This document shows positions 21,196 through 24,000 of a stretch of DNA of 24,000 bases, piece by piece (position 1 is the first letter of the stretch; each line of letters opens with the position of its first letter). This DNA is from Thermoplasmata archaeon. Its GTDB lineage: Archaea > Thermoplasmatota > Thermoplasmata > Lutacidiplasmatales > SKW197. The position numbers and the translations under genes are program-made. The notes below the pieces were generated by a model that did not search any database, was not told the origin of the DNA, and saw only the letters and a list, made by a program, of their open reading frames with translations. The DNA is taken from NCBI GenBank assembly GCA_026414225.1, contig JAOAJK010000013.1, positions 16,536 through 40,535 of the forward strand, read 5' to 3'.

Positions 21196-23766
21196 ATGAG
21201 TGTATCCCTTAATCTACCGCCAGCATTCGTGGACAGAAAGAGAGAAATATCTCACCTGGATAAATTCGTAGAGAATGTATTTAGTGGTGCGGGGAGTGTG
21301 CTGCTGATTCAAGGAGAGGGAGGTGTGGGAAAAACCCGATTGCTGGAAGAAGTGAAAAGGATGGCCGGGGAAAAAGGGTTTTATGTTTTACCCTCCAAGT
21401 GTTTACCTGGCACCACCTCCCCCCTCTCCCCTTTCTACGAGGCCCTCAAATTTGTAAACCTGGAACACCTTCTTGTAGAAAGCTCCCCGAATTTGGATGC
21501 CCTTTATGTTGTGAACAAGGGGGGCATAATCCTCTCGAAATACGAGAAGACAGTGAAGAACATAGACCCCGACATCTTTCTTGGAATGGTCACAGCGGTG
21601 GAGAACTTCATAAGGGATTCGATGACCCAGATTGCCGGAAAAGAGCAGGTCGAAATTGAAGAAAAGCTGGGAGTGATGAGGCACGGAGAATTCACAATCG
21701 TGAACATGCCTGGCAAAAACATAAACCTGGTTGCCCTTGTTGAGGGCGTTGAAAACGAGTACCTGCTGGATGACATGGGCCGCCTGATTGAGAGAATAGA
21801 AGCAATCTCGGATGCCTCCGAGGGGATGCACGCTGAACTGGAAGAAATGCTCAGGGCACTCGTGGAATCTGATAAGTATACGCGGATTGCTCTGGAAACG
21901 GTGGACAGAAGGACTGGCATTTTTGAGAATGTGCTCCTAGGAATCAAGAGAATCTCCTCGAGAAAACCAGTCCTGCTGGTTATCGATGACCTGCAGTGGG
22001 CGGACAGTTCATCGCTTTCCCTGCTCAATTATATAGGGCGAGACATTGCTGCAGAAAGGGTGGGTATAATATGTGCTGCAAGGTCAGATGAAATTCCAAC
22101 GGCTAGCATGCTCCCAGACATGATAGATGCAATGAGAACGGAGAACATATTGGAACTGCTCAATCTCGCGCCACTGGATAGGGGGGGTGTGGAGGAGTTG
22201 ATAGAACGTGTGCTGGGCGGGCATGTGGACGCTGGCTTCAAGGAAAGGGTCTACATCGAAGCTGAGGGCAATCCCCTATTTGTCATCGAACTTTTGAAGT
22301 ATCTTACGGATAAAGGGTTGCTCCGCAGAGAGGCGGAACTCTGGGTCTATGAGAAGGAAGAAATAAGGATACCCGAGAGAATTTATGAAATAATAAAGGA
22401 AAAAATCACCAGGTTGAATGCGGACGAGTTTGAGGTGCTTGAGACCGCTAGCGTGCTAGGAACCGAGTTTATAACTTCGTTGCTGGAAAAAATGGTGGAT
22501 ATGGACAGGATAAAACTGCTTAGGGCCCTCTCAAGAATCGAAAAAATTCACGGGTTGATAAAACAGGAAGGGGGCAAATACAGATTCGATCCCACCAAAA
22601 TCCGGGATGTGATATACGATGAGATGGGGTCGGAACTCAGGCAAGCCCTGCACGAAATGGTGGGGAAAATCCTGGAGGAGGAGTACAAAAAAGGAGACGA
22701 GGAAAAGATTCTTGGAGCCATTTATCACTACAGAAAAGCCGGATGTCTGGATAAATTAAAGGACTACGGACTCGTGGTTGCGGACAAACTCGCCGGGAGA
22801 TTTGCATATGATGAAGCTGTAGAGGTTTTAAAGGCACTTTATAATTCCCTTAACAGACACGATTTAAAGGAAAAAGAGATAGCAATGGCTGCCCTTGAAA
22901 AGATGATTGAAGTTTTGCTCTCGTCTGGACTTTATGAGGATGCAATGAAAGCGCTGGAGGAAAAAATTTCCCAGTCGGGAGATGGAGATGATAAAGCAGT
23001 CCAGACCCATGTAACACGTTCTGAGATATACTTAAAAATGGGTGAGCATGAAAAGGCGATGGAGAGCATAAACAGGGCGTTTGAATTGCTGGCTCGGACC
23101 CGTGGGACTTGCGCGCCTGAAATCGCAAGGATGCTCAGCATCAAGGGGTACATTCACGAGAGGGCAGGCAATTACCAGAACGCAATTGAATGTCAGGAGA
23201 AAGCCCTGGAGTTGTTCAGTAAGGAGAGAAAAGAAAAGGAGATTGCAACCTGCTATACCAGAATCGGTTCTACCCATTACTATCTGGGGAACTACGACGA
23301 GTGCATTGCGTGTTTAAGAATCGCTGAGGAAATTTTTGCCAGAAACAATGACAAGTATGGACTCTCCCAGGTGTATAACAATCTAGGAATGGTATACTAT
23401 GAACTGGAGGATTTCAGGAATGCAGAACGGTATCTCGAGAAAACTGTAGAACTGAAGGAAACGGTTCATGATATGGCAGGAATTGCAATTGCAAAAAACA
23501 ACCTTGGAAATGTTCATTTCGAAATGGGAAACCTGGAGAAGGCAATAGGGCTCTACATCGAAGCCAGGCGCCTCTGCAAGAAAACTGGAGATAAATGGAT
23601 GTTTGTTTACAACCAGATAGACCTTGCGGAGGCGTTTGCTGAAAAAGGAGACGAGATAAAATTTCGGTCAGCTATCGAGGAAGCCCTGAATGTGGCTTCA
23701 CAAATTGGGATGGAAAAAGAGGTAGTAGAGGCAAAAGAAGAAATGGAAAAAAGGTTCAGGCGTTGA
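21196..23766 (+). CDS. STAND-like / AAA_16-type P-loop NTPase with an inserted Roadblock/LC7-like domain and C-terminal TPR array
   Basis: 856 aa from ATG 21196 (the track uses TTG 21193). Walker A LLIQGEGGVGKTRLLEE. Walker B VLLVIDDLQWADSSS. A winged-helix-like segment follows. Then at least 7 TPR-like repeats (GEHEKAMESINRAFELL, GNYQNAIECQEKALELF, GNYDECIACLRIAEEIF, EDFRNAERYLEKTVELK, GNLEKAIGLYIEARRLC and others). Confidence 0.8.
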   Translation: MSVSLNLPPAFVDRKREISHLDKFVENVFSGAGSVLLIQGEGGVGKTRLLEEVKRMAGEKGFYVLPSKCLPGTTSPLSPFYEALKFVNLEHLLVESSPNLDALYVVNKGGIILSKYEKTVKNIDPDIFLGMVTAVENFIRDSMTQIAGKEQVEIEEKLGVMRHGEFTIVNMPGKNINLVALVEGVENEYLLDDMGRLIERIEAISDASEGMHAELEEMLRALVESDKYTRIALETVDRRTGIFENVLLGIKRISSRKPVLLVIDDLQWADSSSLSLLNYIGRDIAAERVGIICAARSDEIPTASMLPDMIDAMRTENILELLNLAPLDRGGVEELIERVLGGHVDAGFKERVYIEAEGNPLFVIELLKYLTDKGLLRREAELWVYEKEEIRIPERIYEIIKEKITRLNADEFEVLETASVLGTEFITSLLEKMVDMDRIKLLRALSRIEKIHGLIKQEGGKYRFDPTKIRDVIYDEMGSELRQALHEMVGKILEEEYKKGDEEKILGAIYHYRKAGCLDKLKDYGLVVADKLAGRFAYDEAVEVLKALYNSLNRHDLKEKEIAMAALEKMIEVLLSSGLYEDAMKALEEKISQSGDGDDKAVQTHVTRSEIYLKMGEHEKAMESINRAFELLARTRGTCAPEIARMLSIKGYIHERAGNYQNAIECQEKALELFSKERKEKEIATCYTRIGSTHYYLGNYDECIACLRIAEEIFARNNDKYGLSQVYNNLGMVYYELEDFRNAERYLEKTVELKETVHDMAGIAIAKNNLGNVHFEMGNLEKAIGLYIEARRLCKKTGDKWMFVYNQIDLAEAFAEKGDEIKFRSAIEEALNVASQIGMEKEVVEAKEEMEKRFRR
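21487..21807 (+). other. Roadblock/LC7- or longin-like alpha/beta insert between Walker A and Walker B of the STAND-like ATPase
   Basis: LDALYVVNKGGIILSKYEKTVKNIDPDIFLGMVTAVENFIRDSMTQIAG...LGVMRHGEFTIVNMPGKNINLVALVEGVENEYLLDDMGRLIERIEAI follows the same beta-beta-alpha-beta-beta-beta-alpha order. It also shares residue patterns with the stand-alone Roadblock protein at 8924-9283. The comparison was made by eye only. Confidence 0.45.
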
Positions 23767-24000
23767 TTATTTCCTTCACGATTTCGTATCTTAGCGGGCA
23801 GCCCCAGTCCACGCCTGGACCACTTGGATGCCATATGAAATCGGGATGGGCCTGTGCATCTGCATTCGTGTTTTCGCTCCCGCCTTCCCAGGCGCCATCA
23901 GTTATTCCGTTGGCACTGAATTTTAGCCAGTATTTGTAGGTGAGTGTGAATGACTTTGTGCCCACATAGTCCTTCCAGACACCGTCATCTGCGAACCAGA
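23756..24000 (-). CDS. Hypothetical protein, C-terminal 81 aa only (gene continues beyond the right edge)
   Basis: The minus-strand frame is open from 24000 to the stop at 23756-23758: ...WFADDGVWKDYVGTKSFTLTYKYWLKFSANGITDGAWEGGSENTNADAQAHPDFIWHPSGPGVDWGCPLRYEIVKEIINA. The track shows only the GTG-initiated 69 aa. It overlaps the convergent STAND-like gene by 11 nt. I do not recognise a family. Confidence 0.45.
   Translation of the reverse strand, partial: WFADDGVWKDYVGTKSFTLTYKYWLKFSANGITDGAWEGGSENTNADAQAHPDFIWHPSGPGVDWGCPLRYEIVKEIINA

Noticed and set aside
1-24000. CRISPR arrays, IS/transposase genes, integrases, tRNA/rRNA genes, long inverted or direct repeats marking a mobile island around the Ubl operon
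   Set aside because: None was recognised by eye. The only DNA-level repeats noted are the 14-nt pair at 15859/15899 and the codon-level low complexity in 16676-18470. A computational repeat and tRNA scan is still advisable. I could not compute GC or codon-usage statistics to test for horizontal transfer.

Overview
The window looks like an archaeal, probably euryarchaeote-like, chromosomal segment. This is inferred from AT-rich TATA-like boxes about 25 nt upstream of several start codons, tightly packed or overlapping operons, and an EndoQ-type nuclease, DUF835-like domains and a V4R/Roadblock pair. The organism cannot be named without a database search. I support 19 protein-coding genes, two of them truncated by the window edges. 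I found no rRNA, tRNA, CRISPR array or transposase.

Positions 1-14.2 kb carry housekeeping, transport and repair genes:
- a radical-SAM activase (partial)
- threonine synthase
- a membrane protein with a charged tail
- an MFS transporter
- a 7TM-DUF835 receptor-like protein
- a long M48 peptidase
- the NAD(P)HX repair enzyme Nnr
- Roadblock/LC7 and V4R proteins
- a P2-type cation ATPase
- a small membrane protein
- endonuclease Q

The standout is a compact four-gene plus-strand operon at about 14229-19343 that encodes a complete ubiquitin-like conjugation and deconjugation toolkit:
1. A ubiquitin-like beta-grasp domain ending in GG-I, carried at the C-terminus of a double-zinc-ribbon + DUF835 fusion protein.
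2. A canonical UBC-type E2 with an HPN...Cys active site.
3. A JAMM/MPN+ metalloprotease fused to a zinc ribbon and about 600 aa of repetitive coiled coil.
4. A minimal ThiF/UBA-type E1 whose crossover loop resembles eukaryotic UBA3.

The gene order (Ubl-E2-JAB-E1) matches, as I recall it, bacterial Bil antiviral operons. The domain content resembles the Caldiarchaeum/Asgard eukaryote-like ubiquitin cassettes. The fusions are unusual, there is no RING E3, and a 40-bp repeat scar at the E2/JAMM junction would fuse the two genes if one copy were lost.

Downstream neighbours are a membrane-anchored beta-propeller-FN3 surface protein and a STAND-like P-loop/TPR protein with a Roadblock-like insert in its ATPase domain.

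All functional calls come from motif and pattern recognition on the translations. No searches or structure predictions were run.
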